A stretch of DNA of 54,453 nucleotides, filler included, from Catajapyx aquilonaris (GCA_000934665.2; 2 parts of 2 records of this genome joined end to end with filler, not necessarily neighbours in it), one strand, 5' to 3'. Positions 13,360 to 26,844 are shown, counted from the first letter of the whole stretch. Translations and numbers: made by a program. Notes: generated by a model not told the origin, from the sequence alone.

Positions 13360-16300
13360 TAATTCAGCAATTAGCGCTTGAAGTTATGAGCATTTGCGGT
13401 ATTGCTTTTGGGTATACCCGCTCACTAATTTCCATAGGTAGAGCCTAACTGTTGCGTGGCTTTATATCAGTATGGAAGGATATTCTGACTCACCCTGGAC
13501 GTAGAAGCTTCCAATATGCAGCTAACCCCACGAAATTGTGCAAAATGCGGTGATTGATGGCTCCACGGGTCTAAAGGCGCCATGGTGACACATTTATGAG
13601 GTCGTTTGTCCACACGTTTTGTGTGCATTCAAGACGGGGCGGCATGTACGATGGCTTCTTTTAGGTCCTAAAATACGAGCAGAAAATTTCTGGCATCCAA
13701 TAGTACAGCCGCACATATCCTGTGGTTGATTGTGAAAAAAATACCTCTACCGCTGTCCGCAATTTTCAAATGAATAAGGACCAAAAAGCGGGGGGGGGGG
13801 GGGGNATAAAACCCACAATCCTGCATGCGTTATTGGTGTTGACTAATACCCCCATTCCTAGAACCGGCTTCAAATCGCTCATTACATTCCAGGGGCTCCA
13901 CACACGCACTCAAAAACCGACAGTTTATTTTATGTACGCAGCACGTTTCCCAGCTTAAAAAAATATTCTAGTCGGTCTAATAAAACTGCGAACCGAGTCT
14001 TGCGTTATGGATGACACCATCCTGTTGATAAACCCAGGGCACAGTGTATTTTAATGCTAACCTGTACTTCACTCGACTGTAAAACTAGTACTGGGTCCGC
14101 TGCTGGAGTTATTGTTAGCTCCTCTCCACATTCTGCATCTGCTCTGACAAAAATCCGGGGCTGGCTACCACATGTGTGTGCCGCATATGTGGATCCCTCT
14201 CATATATGCGACGCGTAGTCTATTATACAGGTGCATGTGCCTAATCCGATTCCGCTAGCCTAAATGTTAATTCGGAGGTACGGTACGCTCCGGAAAAAGC
14301 TACGTGGCCAGAATTATTTTTGAATGTAGGTCAGCATTAGCTGACCATTCTGCGTCATGTCCCGACATGTGACAGTGTGTGACGTGGGGGGTAGGGACTT
14401 GTGTGTTTATATTTTCGTTCTACAGTCATATAAACCAAAGAACAATATGACGTCACACCAGCAGTGTTTTTCTGAGCATGCGCAGTAGTATGCTTGCGGT
14501 GGATGCGGGATGAACGTGACGTCATGTCGTTCTTTGGTGTAACGGGCTGTAGATTAATTTTTCGGGGGCAGAAACTATCATCTAACTTGGCCTCTATTTC
14601 CAGGTTGCGTCTGTCCCCTGATGCATCGTCGGCGGTACGACTCCACTGCACGGGTGCTGCTAACACGTTTTGATACCTATTTCGAGCGAAACGTTTGATA
14701 CCTCACACGTTTTATCAAGTTACGCCGCCAAAAAAGGAGCAGGGGACATCTATACACCAATCTTAGAACATTTGAGTGTGTGCTCTGGTGCGTGCCAGTG
14801 GAGTAACGGATACTAAACTTTACAAAAAAAATATTGTTGCAATACTTTTTACAGCAGGGATCTGTAACATAATGTACTTAAAAAGTCGAACTTGAGCAGT
14901 ATTACCAAAAAAGAGAGAGGGAAACATGCAAAATGAGCAATGGTTACGGGTATGGACTTTACCCCTCAAGTTCCAAGGAGATGCGCATAACCTGGACTGT
15001 GTTTACACAATGTAATGTAATTGTTGTAATTTCTTATAGGCGAAATGCTACTGTGTTAGGCCAGCTGGCCCTCTTGTCAAAACAGGGTGGATATACAGTA
15101 CTTAACAGAAAAAAAAGTCGACTCTAAGTAACTTTCAGATTTTATTTAGACGCCTAGTGCGGATATCCACACATTCTACTCGATGGTGTATTTATATGTA
15201 CCGGTATGTAATGCATGCTGTAACAAGTCAACGCCATCAAGTGGTGTGTGGTGGTGTCCGGTTTAGGCGTCATAGCCCCAGCGGAGAATAAGGCTCGATT
15301 TACCGCCATTAATGCACTGAACAGTTAGTTCAGTATAGAGGCGGTTAGTAAAGTCGCAATATGTACGTCGTCTCTTCGTTTATGAAGAGATAGTTGTGCG
15401 CTTGTGGGCATAATATTGGTACAACAGCTCATCTTTGATAGAGTCGTACCAGGTGTAACTAGATGTAATGCAATGTGCAAGCAGACTTTCGAAGGTGTTC
15501 TGCTCACATGCTCCATTACTTGATGCAATGATGCAATTGCTTACGGATTGGTAAAAATTAGGTAGTCTCAATCCTGCATCGTATGCAAGTGAGAGTGACA
15601 GAATACGAGAGTGGTCTGGGTGAGAAATATGGATGACATTTTCTTCAATATGGCGCACCTGGGAAATACCGCAACAAAATATGTTGCGCAACACATAAAA
15701 TTAAATGAAACCTTCTCTGGGGAGGAAAATTGTACCGGAGGAAACCGATCACACGTCACACTATAAATTTCATAGCATGTGGCATGAGTCACTTTGGATA
15801 TTCTCAGAGCTTGTCACAAGTCGACCCTTGGTATTTCATATGCAAGGAGTATCAGTGATGCATGGTACAACCGTTAAGATGCATGTAAATTTTGGCCCAA
15901 AAGTCGTGAGCTGCATCAGATAATGGCACTCTATCTATACAAACTGGCTCATGTTTCATGCTGATCGAGAGGTATCGTTACAAAACGTGCCAAATTATCG
16001 TTAACACCGTTGTATAGTAAAAGAGGTCGGTTCCCTCCTGCACAACCGCTGAATACGTCTGACTATCGTCCAAGTACGGAAAGAGGTCTGTACCACACTT
16101 ATCCGCCGGAAGCGACCCGCAATAGTATCTTGATTTAGCCAATGCACAGTCCGTAATGTAAATGCCGCGGTAGAACCAGCCCAGCGCCATTGTGTGTTTG
16201 ATCATGGCAATCATTGTTGTAATGTACGATACCGGTATACTCTATGCACTGTCTTGCCCACATTGGGCCGCTTGGGTTCTGAGACGGGAAATTTCGAGAC

Positions 16301-19300
16301 AACCCCCCCAATCATTGTGGCACAAATTTTATATGTGGACGTTAACAGCACTGAAACCATGTAATAAGCAATGTAGCTGGTTTTGCTGCTTTTACTGCCG
16401 CTGTAACGCAGCTTATGTCCTACAATGTCCAGTGTCCCCAAGTGCATCCAGCAAGTCGATTTGATCCAGTTAGGACCAAATCGACGTCGCTTCGAGACTC
16501 CGGTCAGTATAGGACAATTTACTTGGCTGACCATGTCATGCACAAAGGTACTTACATCGTAAGTTTATAGGGGCAAAACAACCGTCCGGATAAGTGCGGG
16601 AGGTGCAGTTTTCTGTAGACATTTTTTGGAGATAGTTTCTTGTGATTAGGGAAGACACTTTTTCGTAGAAGCATCTGGACAGAGTGCGTTGTTTTTTCAA
16701 TAGTCAAATCGTTGAGAGAAGATCCACGTTGTTTTGTATCCTTGTACACCCATGTGTTCCCTTTGAGAAAGTATTTCACTCCCCCAGAGTGGACGGGGGT
16801 TGACATCGGTGGCTTTAGGAGTTGGACCAATGACAGGCAGGATTCACAAATAAAAATCAAAACGATCAGGGGCTTCCTGAGGACTCACCCCATCACTCAA
16901 GTGCACTTTCAACACACTTTTGCAAGCTTGAAAGCCCGTTTTTATTGGATGCAAACAGGTGAAGACGAAAGGGGGAGAGTAAAAATCAACGTCAATAAGG
17001 CTGGTGTCCGCAGGCAGCACGCTCTCAGACAAACAAGGTGGGACAATCCAAATTCAATCAAATTTTGAGCTCCCGACAATACTTGGACCGTTACAACCGT
17101 TACCTTGTCAGATAGTGACGCATTTCCTTCGGCTTAGCTCCAGCCAATCGCGTCACTACAACTTGCTGCTCCCTAGTGGTTCACACAGCCAATCTGGACC
17201 TATCAGTGAGGAGGTTTCAACCCGAAAGCCACCGATTTCAACTTCTTCTCTCCGGTGTAGTCACTATTTCCCCCCATGAAATATTGTGAGACACAATTTA
17301 TATAGACAGCTTTAAAAGTGCATAGATTTCTGTTACTGTCAATCCCTTCTGCTGCGTTCACAAACCTACGTGTTTGGATAGAAGTTAAATTTTAGCTGTA
17401 TACTAAAACAGCTTGTTGTTACTCCAGTTAATGTTGAAGGGTTGTTCGTTAATGGTGTTTAAACCACGTTGTTTTCCACCGACACCCCTCTCCAGTGTGT
17501 TTTAGTTGAGTCATCTCTGTATTACTCTCTCAAAATGTCGGCCCTTCTCGAGATCGGTATGAATGCAAAAATGCTGCAGAATTGACTGACCAAAGCTCAA
17601 CAATATATTTTAAGGTCACGTGGGATGTCAAGTTTCCTCTGGAGCTATATAACTTCTCTTACTGCTCGAAACGTAATCCCCCGAATGATAAAAGTTGACA
17701 AGAGACGAACGGATACCACTAACTTTCGCTCTTTGCGTAGGATGAGAAGGATGATATCCTGCCAAAATGTTTTTTGGTTTCAACTTTACCTACAATTTAA
17801 CAAAGTTCGACTACTTAAGCATGTACAGTACTTAGCCCTATTTATAATGTGACTTTGATTCTAATGAAAGTAGCTTGCTGCATTTTTCATATCGTCTTTA
17901 AAGGGTCACAATTCAGGAATTATTGATATGTCACATGTTTATGTCACACAAAAAATCAGCTATCATAAAACACAAGAATGTTATTCTTGATTAAAATTAT
18001 TTGTGGCTCTTTAACAAATTAATGCTTGAGAAAATGCCTAGCTGTAAAATACAAAGCATTTCAATTTTTTGCTTACCGGTATAGCATCTAACCTGCCCTC
18101 GTTGTTTAACATAATATGTGCGGAAAATCTTTTAGCGAAGGATAATTTCACGGAACTTGTAGATAATAGGTGAAAGCGTTACGCAAGTACACTGAACCCC
18201 AGGAGGTCAAATGCTAGAAGTCCTTTTTGTTCCCTATGCAAAAAAAAAACAGCCAAGTCAATATTAGCTACATTTGCACATGCACAAGAGCGAAATAACG
18301 TATCCGGTCAGTTTCCCTGTAAAGAAGGAGGGGGTTTCCCAATTCCATCCTAAATAAGTTCACTTTTGAATAAAAAAATCGATGACTGGGTAAAAAGATG
18401 TGGCTGGCTTTTACTATAGAGCCGAGAGGGTAGGCGTTTCATATAGGCAGTGCAAGGCACACCCTGGTTTGATAGACGCTCAAGAACATGTCGTCACAAT
18501 GGGCAAGTTTAAGTATGTGGACCAATAGTTGTCACTGACAAGAACATGGAGACATTTTTAAAAGTCCTGGCATGATTAGTTCGGCTCCTTCGTATAAACT
18601 ATGTGTACATAACCCAGCACTAATAGGCCCTGATTGTACAGTACAGAGCTCTCAATATTTAAATGTGGCTCCTACTATTGTGCTGAGTACTGTGTGTGGG
18701 TGCGAATGTTACGCGTGAGTGTGTGAAAGGGGGTGTAACTGAAGAGAGAAATATTCTTCACAAAAAAATTTACAACCTGAAAGTGGTCACCTTGAAGAGA
18801 AGCGAGTACAACACTTTAACAGTTTTTTTTTGTTTAATTGTATAGCCATGCACTCTTTCCGAAACCCTGCTTTCTAATTAACTTCCTGAGGAGAACTTGT
18901 TGTGTATGTCATTCAACAGCAATACCGGTACGACATGTGTGGTGTGTGCGTGTGTGTGTGTACGTTACGCCCAATCGGCAAAAAGAGGTCTTTGTGAAAG
19001 TTAATCCCCTGATAGTCATTTGAAACAACTGAAGCATTCAAGGCTTTTCATACTGGATACCCCACTATTTTGTAATGACTAGCATTTGTAAGAGATATTT
19101 TTAAAGACCAGTTCAGCATGACTTTTTGCAAGGTGTAACAAGAAATGCCAAACTTTTTATTTCCAGAAGTGTGAAGTGACAAATTATTCTTCTCATGTTT
19201 GGTTTTCAAAAAAAATGAGAGAAAAATGCCTGAAACATGGCTTTGAATCATGATATCCTCGTGAATGTTGTACCCTGCCAAAATAAAAATTGAGAGGAAA

Positions 19301-19719
19301 ATGGGAAGCATTTTGGCTTTTGACGAGTGACATTTGCCCAGCCAGGCAGGCCATCCTTCTGTGACTTTGCCTGGCATCCTATAACTGGCTCACTTTGCTA
19401 AGATGCTATAAACGTATAGGTAGTACTTAAGTATTATATGATCAGTAGTTGAACCAACCTTATTTAGCAAGCAGGTGGTCACTACACACCAGCAGTGTCC
19501 TCGATGTCCTGCTGACCCTGCGATGCCAGGACTCACCACACTCATCAGAAGACACCTTTGCTAACCGACTCAGGTGGAAGCTTATCACCAATCAGCAGCA
19601 GGCTCTTTGCAGGAGATATATTTAAAGACAGAGGATGCTAGCAATAAAGCTTGACCTTGGAAACTCCTGTAAAACTAGATCAAGTGAATGTCAGTTAACA
19701 GTGTGGGTATGTAAAAGAT

Positions 19720-19725
19720 TTTATT
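19720..19725 (-). promoter_or_regulatory. Candidate polyadenylation signal of papilin (AATAAA); a second candidate lies at 19156-19161
   Basis: TTTATT on the + strand about 620 nt downstream of the stop codon. Motif only, no transcript evidence. Confidence 0.3.
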
Positions 19726-20345
19726 TTTGCTACTGGCAATATTTACATTGTACACTACACCAGACAGTTGGTGGAGTCAAAAAAGACAGCACATACTAGC
19801 TATTTCTCCCTCCCCTGTGCTATTAAGAATTTTTAAGGGTCAAGTATGGTGACATGTGACAATTTCATTAAACTTCTGCTGAGTAAATTTTTAAATAAAA
19901 TATGCCCACAAATGCAGAATCATTGATAAAATATAGCTGAACTACTGCTATTTATACTCACAGATTCTTTTCTTCCACATTACCAATTAAAACATTAACT
20001 TTTATGGTATAAAATGCCACTCCATCACATGACTTAAAAATTAAACACAAACGTGGTATCATAAATGCACAAAATGGCCTCAAGAATTTTGGCACACAAA
20101 AATCAGGACCTAGGAACAGTTCGTATATGTCCACTCTGCCTGATAATTTTAACACATAGTTATTTTTTCCAATACATGTGGCAATGGTCACATATATGCT
20201 TGAGAAGAAAAATAAATTATTCGAACTAATTGAAGTAATGGCAGATAAATGCTGGTCCCTCTTCTTGTTCTCACCTTTTCTTTTTGAAATAGCCGTTTCT
20301 TATAATCTCAGAGACTAGCTGTGTTTTTTCAGCACTGGTAATCAT

Positions 20346-20572
20346 TCACCCTCTCCTCGCCCTGTAGGTATCAGCACCTGAGTTTCGATCATCGTCACTG
20401 CTACTGGCAGAGTAATCCAAATGAGGTCCGTGGGAAGGCAGCTGCCCTGCCAAGGTGCATGACTGGCAGCAAAACTTGGCATAATACTTGTTGGTGCAGT
20501 ACTTGGCCTTCACTATCAACTGGCAGTTGGCAAAGAAGGGATTGTCCGTGCAGTTCGGATGCACATATACCC
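20346..20572 (-). CDS. Ppn: Papilin last coding exon, PLAC domain
   Basis: tttgcag|GGGTATAT; VYVHPNCTDNPFFANC...CCQSCTLAGQL; stop TGA at 20346-20348. Confidence 0.93.
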
Positions 20573-23500
20573 CTGCAAAAAAAATTATGTGCTTATTACT
20601 CCAATAACTATTACAGTATATTTTTTTCTGTTGATCCGATATTATAAAATACAAAAGATCGGCATTCCGTAGAACTAATTCCATCTGGTTGCATCTTCAC
20701 ATGAGAAAAATATAATTGAGCCATCAGAATAATCTGCTTCTTTGTATTTATGGCCCTTCTCTGTTTGTAAGATGTAACTAAATCATTCACAATAATGGCA
20801 ATAACAAGTACTGACCGTTAATGTATACAGTGACAGTCTGGCTGTCAGCACTTCCATACTGGTTTGTGGCCTCACAGCGGTAGTTTCCACCATCGCTTGC
20901 ATTGGCCTTGAGTATAAGCAGTGAGTGGTCTGAGGGGTGTATGCGGACACCATGTGTCTCTCTCACTTCCTGTCCATCCTTGAACCAGCGGACTGATGGT
21001 GGTGGATGACCTTCTACCTCACATGGGATACGCACATCACTCCAAGTGGGGAATGAGCTGCGTTCCAAAGGAATTGATGCATGCACTCCAGCTGTGCCAT
21101 AATTGAAAAATATTAGTGTTACGTTCAGACACTAGGACCTGTATACAACACACTCCACAACACTTTTTCCAACCTGACTCTGCCCACCATTTATAGCGTG
21201 GCAGAGTCAAATCTGCTCCCTGACCAAGGTTGCCTCTAGGTCCAACTCAACCTGCTGCTGACCTTCACTCCACATTTTCGAAAATTGAAAATCGAAAATT
21301 CGAAAATTCCAATATGTAAACAGGTCTAGAAGTTACAATTACTGTACCTCTGGAATACTGTTGACTTCCCATTTACAGCATTTAATTTTATGGCTTAGAA
21401 ATTCTAATTCGTGAATTTTTTATCCACAAATTCTAAGAGAGACTGTATTTAAAAGTGATCAGAAACCGCAATTAATGAATACTGTACCTGAATGTTCGCT
21501 ATAAACCAGAATAAATAGGTCTAGGTTCAGGTCATCTAGTAGGCCTAAACAGCAATTTTCGAATGATGAAGAAGCATCAGAAAACAAAACTTTCAGCAAA
21601 CTTTTACACAAATAGGTTAATAATCAATTTCCATACATGCACTGGTCAAGTTCACCAACGTTGATGTGCTGTTACAACGTGCAACAATTCCACATGCACA
21701 CATACCGGTACACATGAGTTTCTGTGGTTAGTCATGCTCACCTACTGCAGGCTCTACAGGTTGGGGAGGAAGAGTTGGTGGAGCAGGAGGCAAAACAGGT
21801 CTCTTGGTCCTGGGCCTGACCACTCTAGGTGGCAGTGTGGGAGTTTGTTGAGGTCCTCTTGCTCTGTCCACTAAGAACACTGTAAACTCCTGCTCTTCAG
21901 GAGATACACCATATACAGGCCCAACTGCTTGCAAAGTGAGAGTCCAGGAGGCTGCTCTGCCAAGGCCATTGTATGCCTGGCAAGTGTACAGACCCAAATC
22001 ACGCAGCCCAACCGAGCGAATAAGGAGGCTGAAGTCCCGCCGTTGCTCATAGCGCTCAGAACTTAGTGGCAGCATGCGTTGCCCTCTCCACCAGGTCACA
22101 GAAGGCCGGGGCCAGCCAATCACATAGCAACGGATGGAGGCCGGGGAGCCCAGAGAAGCCACCACAAACTGATGCTCACCAATTATTTCAGCCTGGCGTG
22201 GGCTTGGGTCTGACCATCACCCATGCAAGTTAGTCACAAGATTGGTTACAACATGCACAGTAAAATAAGAGTTGAGAAGATTACCAACACCAGTGTTACA
22301 TAAATTACAAAGCAGTGGACTTCAGTAGGAGTGTTACTTATTACAAGAGTTGAGGTTTGGCATTGCTAATTTCCTCAGGCATAACTTGTTATGAATTTGT
22401 AGGATAACACAATATCAGTAAAGTAGCATCACGTGCACTCTAGGAATTTTTGCAGAATTGCTAAATGAACTACAGACTTAACTAGGAAGGTTTCAAAATT
22501 CATTCCTGAAAAACATTCTACCTTTGCTGAGATTAAAGCAGAGGATCTTGCCTAATTCTTTCCTACTCACACTCCTTTTAAAATAACCAATGTGATGTTA
22601 ATGATGATGCTTACCTGCTACCAATGGTAAAATCATGACAAACTCACCAGTCACAATCAGGGTGGCCCTCTTGTATGCAGGCCTTCCCACTCCATTGTCA
22701 GCCACGCAGGTGTATTCTCCTGCATCCTGTCTAGCCACTCCTATGACCTGCAGTGACCCGTCATCAAGAAGTCTGAACCTCCCTTCCCCTCTTCCTACTT
22801 CCTCTCCATCCTCCCCTCTCCATGACACAGATGGTAGCGGTGCCCCATGGGCATCACAGTTCATTTCTGTAATGCTTCCCTCCTCTGCCCTCACTTCTTC
22901 ATCAGGAGGTCCATCTATTGTTGGTTCTTCTCCTCTCTCATCTGGGTAGTGTGGAGTTTCCTGGCTTGGAGGTTCTGGCCTATGTGCTGAAGCAGAGTCA
23001 TCTCGTCGGTCCACTACTGGGATGATGCAGGAGGATCCACATCCATTAAAGCAGCATTTGAGATCAGCAGGGCAATCGGAGTCAGATTGACACTCCTGCT
23101 CGCATGTGGTTCCAGCCCTTGGGTGACTCAAGCTAGGGCATGAACCTGGCTTGTTCACTGGAAATTATAGAAAATTTTTGTAATACTAACACTATCTCAG
23201 TGTTTGGGAACCTATGCATTTTCATGAAGTGCTTCAATACCTTTCCAAATTCTAAGATGTAACAGAATCTGTTCAGTTCTGCAAAAGCAAACTCACCTCT
23301 CCTACACACAGCTCTGACTTGAGTCCCGGTTCCGTCCTCAGCCTGGTAGAGGTCAACAGAACACCGTGACCCTTCTGGACATTCGTGATCTCTGCAGGGC
23401 TCCCTGCAGCGGCACTGCTCACAATCATTTTCATCTACCCACTTCTCAAGACCATGTGCACACTGGAGCAATGCACAGTAATGGCGAGCCTCTGCACATG

Positions 23501-26500
23501 ATCCTCTCTGGGGCTGGATCTCATTCTCGTCCACTCTTGGAGATTCATCTGGTACTGCAAGGCAATGAAACATGTTACTAGATATTTGGAAATTTTGAAA
23601 AACTCTCTGCAAGCAGATTCAAGCACTATGTATTGCAGCTGCGAGGCACTGGAAGGCGCACACACTCAAGTGTGTGACTTACACGGCGGGCGTGGTTGAT
23701 GCCTCGACTCCTGTAATGCAGCATGACAGAAATGGAGACATATGTCAAAGGTCTTGAACCGGTTAAAGTTTCCAGCACATCCACCATAGATGAAGGGAAT
23801 ACAAGTGCTGCGTTCTATGTCAAAGTACCATCGCTTGTGGCCATCCCTGCAGGGACCTGTATCTACAGGGAGCCTGCATATGGCTGCAGACATGCATTAA
23901 AAAGATACATGCATGTTAGTGTGTTAGACTGTTACATTTGCACAATACATTCCTTAGGTATAGTACAAAAAACTTCTATCCCTTCTCAAGGCTTCCTTCT
24001 AACATACCAGTACACCTACATGACATTTCCTGCGACCTCTACTTACTTATTCAATATGTTTATTTTTTAGTGCACAAAATATTATTTAACCTTGTCCTTT
24101 GTTATTTTACACAATCCATGCATACTAAACACTTCATTTCCTACAAAACCCATCAAATATTGGACGCACACTGCTAGCATGCAATGTCATCCAGTGTAAA
24201 GCATGTAATCCACCCCATTTCAGTGACAATAATAATATTTATTCCCCTTTTCGAAAGGTATATGAAGTTAACATAAGGCATGCTCAGAAGCGCACAGACG
24301 TTTCATCTATAAGACATTTTAATTAATAAGCATGCAATAGTATTAGCAATACAATCCTGAATATAGAATTGCATACGTCCCCTGTCCATGAAGATGGAAG
24401 GAGGAAAAGCTATGGATGGCTCAGTCCAGCTACTAGTTTAAAATGAAGCCTCAATCACAACAGGTGAATTTACTTTCATTGTTGCTTCCAGTGGGTTGCT
24501 CCCTTTAAAATGGTTGCTGGCATAAACAATCAATAATGTCTTCCCCTTTTCCCATGATAGTGAACATGTACATTCTCCAAGTTCTACAAGTTAGTATAGA
24601 ATGCTAATTCATATGAAAAATTACCACATGTAATATTACCTGCATTGGACAGCTCTGTGTCATTTCCAGATGGCAGTATCTCAGTCTTCTGAAGGCAAAT
24701 ACTTTCACATTCTTGAATGGAGCTGAACCGATTACCATTTCCACCACATCCTCCATACTCAAACTCAACACATGTCCTTGCCACAGGGTCATAGAAGAAC
24801 TTGACATGAGTTTCTCCACATGGCCCATGGTCATCTGGCATGTTGCACACATCCTGTCCTTTGAATTCACCACATTGCCTCTCACATTGCTCCACACTTT
24901 CATAACGATTTGCATTTCCACCACAGCCACCATACGTAAAGGCACGACATTGCCTGTACTGAACATCAAAGAAGAATGCAGGCCGGCCTTCCCTGCATGG
25001 ACCCACGTCATATGGAAGTGCACAGATGTCATCTACATATGGTGCAGCTGGTGTTGATATGACTGGTTCGACATACCGTCGGCAGCGCCCTTCACACGCT
25101 TCACGGGTATCAAACCTTAGGAAAGAATGCAGTGTTACACCAGGAGTCTTTCAAGTTTAATACTTGAAAAAAAATATGCGCAACATAAAAAAATGCTTCT
25201 GCAGTGATTAACTGATTAATTTCAAACCTACCTGTTACGATTGCCTAGACAACCACCATAGTCGAATGGGTGGCAGGCATCAGTGCCTGCATCATAAAAC
25301 CACTGTTGGAATGATCCACTGCAGGGTCCAACCACCCGAGGCAATATACACACATCTTGGGATCCCTCACATCGTGACTCACACTCAAGTTGTGTCTCAA
25401 ACCGATTTTGGTTGCCTTCACAGCCTGAGTAGTAAAACTGTTTGCACACACCATCTCGACTGTCATACGACCAGAGCACACGTGAATTGGTGCAAGACCC
25501 CTCCTGGGCAGGAAGGAAGCAATACTCTGAAAAACAAATAGCACATGAACAGCAACAAAATAGCCTACTGTATTGCAAAACATTCAGGTAACATTATTTT
25601 CAAAACATGACCATAATGAGACACTATTAATTAAATAAGAAAAGGTTACAATGATGCACAGCAGTACTCTCCAAAAGTAATTTTATAGCATCTTTCTTTC
25701 AGTTATAATTGATTAAATAATGAGAGCCTTAAACATCAGTATAGTAATATGCTTTCCAAAGTTTGACTGAACCTAAAAGATTCTTACCTAGTCGGAAATC
25801 CTGATCAGGAGGAGCAACGGTAGTGTGGAGAGCAGAGCATGTTGCTTGGCACTCTTGCAGTGAGATGAAATTGTTTGTGTTTCCACCACATCCACCATAT
25901 ACAAATGATTTGCATTGCCCTTCATATGCATCGAAGTACCAACGTTCCGTATACTGGTCACATTCCCCAATTACTGGTGCTTGATGACATGTCTTGTCTG
26001 CCAAAAATAAATCCAATGCATCATCATTATTATATAAAACACCTTCACAGGTGTACATCTGAATTAATTATTACCATCTCAGAGAATACTTACCTAAGAC
26101 AAATGCAGGTGGACACAACCGCTCACAGGCGTCAACAGCTTCAAAGTTGTTTGAATTTCCCTCGCATCCACCATAATAGAATGGCATACACCGCCGCTCT
26201 GATCCATCAAAGTACCACCGAGGAAGAGTCTCGTGGCATGGGCCCTCCATGCGTGGCAACAGACATATCTCTATACAGACATGACAAACTGTGAGTCATA
26301 TGCTTAACATACACCTGTCCTACATGCAACTATTATTAACAATACACAAAGGGTTACTGTAAAATGGATCCATGGTGTGAGGTGTATGGTTTTAATGTCG
26401 TCACATACATGAGCTGACAGACCTAGAAGACAGACTTGTGTATTGTGGATTAATAGTTCTCTACATGTGTTAAGTATAGAAAAACTACGTGCAACCGTCA

Positions 26501-26844
26501 CCACGCTTGCAAGTCCAGGATGCAGCGGATGTGCAAGCTACAGCATTCATCATCACAGTTAGTGCACTTGTTAGCCACACCCAACAAAAACACACTTATT
26601 GGCAGGCAATGTCAGTATACAACTGCAATTGATATAATACCTTTGTAGGTGGGCTTTTTGTCAGGGCACTTCTCCTGACACTGTTCCTTGTTAAGGAACT
26701 GGTTGAGGTTACCCTCACACCCCCCATACACAAACTGCCTGCAGGTGCCATGTGACTGGTCAAAGTACCAGCGTGCAAATGAAGCACGGCATGGACCAGA
26801 GGACTTTGGCAATGCACATATGTCTAGACCTGGAACTTCCAGAC
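20346..26844 (-). CDS. Ppn: Papilin, 5'-partial. join(complement): 26641-26844, 26094-26270, 25788-25997, 25232-25526, 24640-25115, 23683-23883, 23297-23554, 22648-23157, 21742-22209, 20816-21091, 20346-20572
   Basis: Eight Kunitz/BPTI domains (C-x8-C...FxYGGCxGNxNxF...C...C), then a Cys-rich module, WAP (KPGSCP...C...C...DSDCP..LKCCFNGCG..C), three Ig domains and a PLAC domain (CTDNPFFANCQLIVKAKYCTNKYYAKFCCQSC) ending in TGA at 20346-20348. This domain order is diagnostic of the papilin C-terminal half. All 10 internal introns were read as GT..AG with matching phases; total 3302 nt. Confidence 0.95.
20816..21091 (-). CDS. Ppn: Papilin exon, Ig 3
   Basis: gcacag|CTGGA ... AACG|gtcagt; IPCEVEGHPPPSVRWFKDG...DGGNYRCEATN; 276 nt. 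Confidence 0.92.
21742..22209 (-). CDS. Ppn: Papilin exon, Ig 2 plus Pro-rich linker
   Basis: ggtcag|ACCCA ... GTAG|gtgagc; IRCYVIGWPRPSVTWW...DLGLYTCQAYNGLG; 468 nt. Confidence 0.92.
22648..23157 (-). CDS. Ppn: Papilin exon, WAP domain plus Ig 1
   Basis: ttccag|TGAAC ... ACTG|gtgagt; KPGSCP...KCCFNGCG and C..HGAPLPSVSW...DAGEYTCVADNGVG; 510 nt. Confidence 0.93.
23297..23554 (-). CDS. Ppn: Papilin exon, Cys-rich (antistasin-like) module
   Basis: ttgcag|TACCA ... GAG|gtgagt; CALLQCAHG...DENDCEQCRCREPC...C..GSRC; 258 nt. Confidence 0.9.
23683..23883 (-). CDS. Ppn: Papilin exon, Kunitz 8
   Basis: ctgcag|CCATATGC ... CCGT|gtaagt; ICRLPVDTGPCRDGHKRWYF...; 201 nt. Confidence 0.92.
24640..25115 (-). 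CDS. Ppn: Papilin exon, end of Kunitz 5 plus Kunitz 6 and 7
   Basis: cctaag|GTTTGAT completes R-FDTREACEGRC; donor GCAG|gtaata; 476 nt. Confidence 0.92.
25232..25526 (-). CDS. Ppn: Papilin exon, Kunitz 4 and most of Kunitz 5
   Basis: tttcag|AGTAT ... ACAG|gtaggt; 295 nt, ending in phase 2 within GNRN-R-F. Confidence 0.92.
25788..25997 (-). CDS. Ppn: Papilin exon, Kunitz 3
   Basis: ggcag|ACAAG ... CTAG|gtaaga; KTCHQAPVIGECDQYTERWYF...; 210 nt. Confidence 0.92.
26094..26270 (-). CDS. Ppn: Papilin exon, Kunitz 2
   Basis: tatag|AGATATGT ... TTAG|gtaagt; ICLLPRMEGPCHETLPRWYF...; 177 nt. Confidence 0.92.
   Translation of the reverse strand, partial: RYVCCHAWRAHATRLFLGGTLMDQSGGVCHSIMVDAREIQTTLKLLTPVSGCVHLHLS
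26641..26844 (-). CDS. Ppn: Papilin exon, Kunitz 1 (first exon visible)
   Basis: Acceptor ttccag|GTCTG, donor AAG|gtatta; encodes LEVPGLDICALPKSSGPCRASFARWYF...; 204 nt, phase 1-1. Confidence 0.9.
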
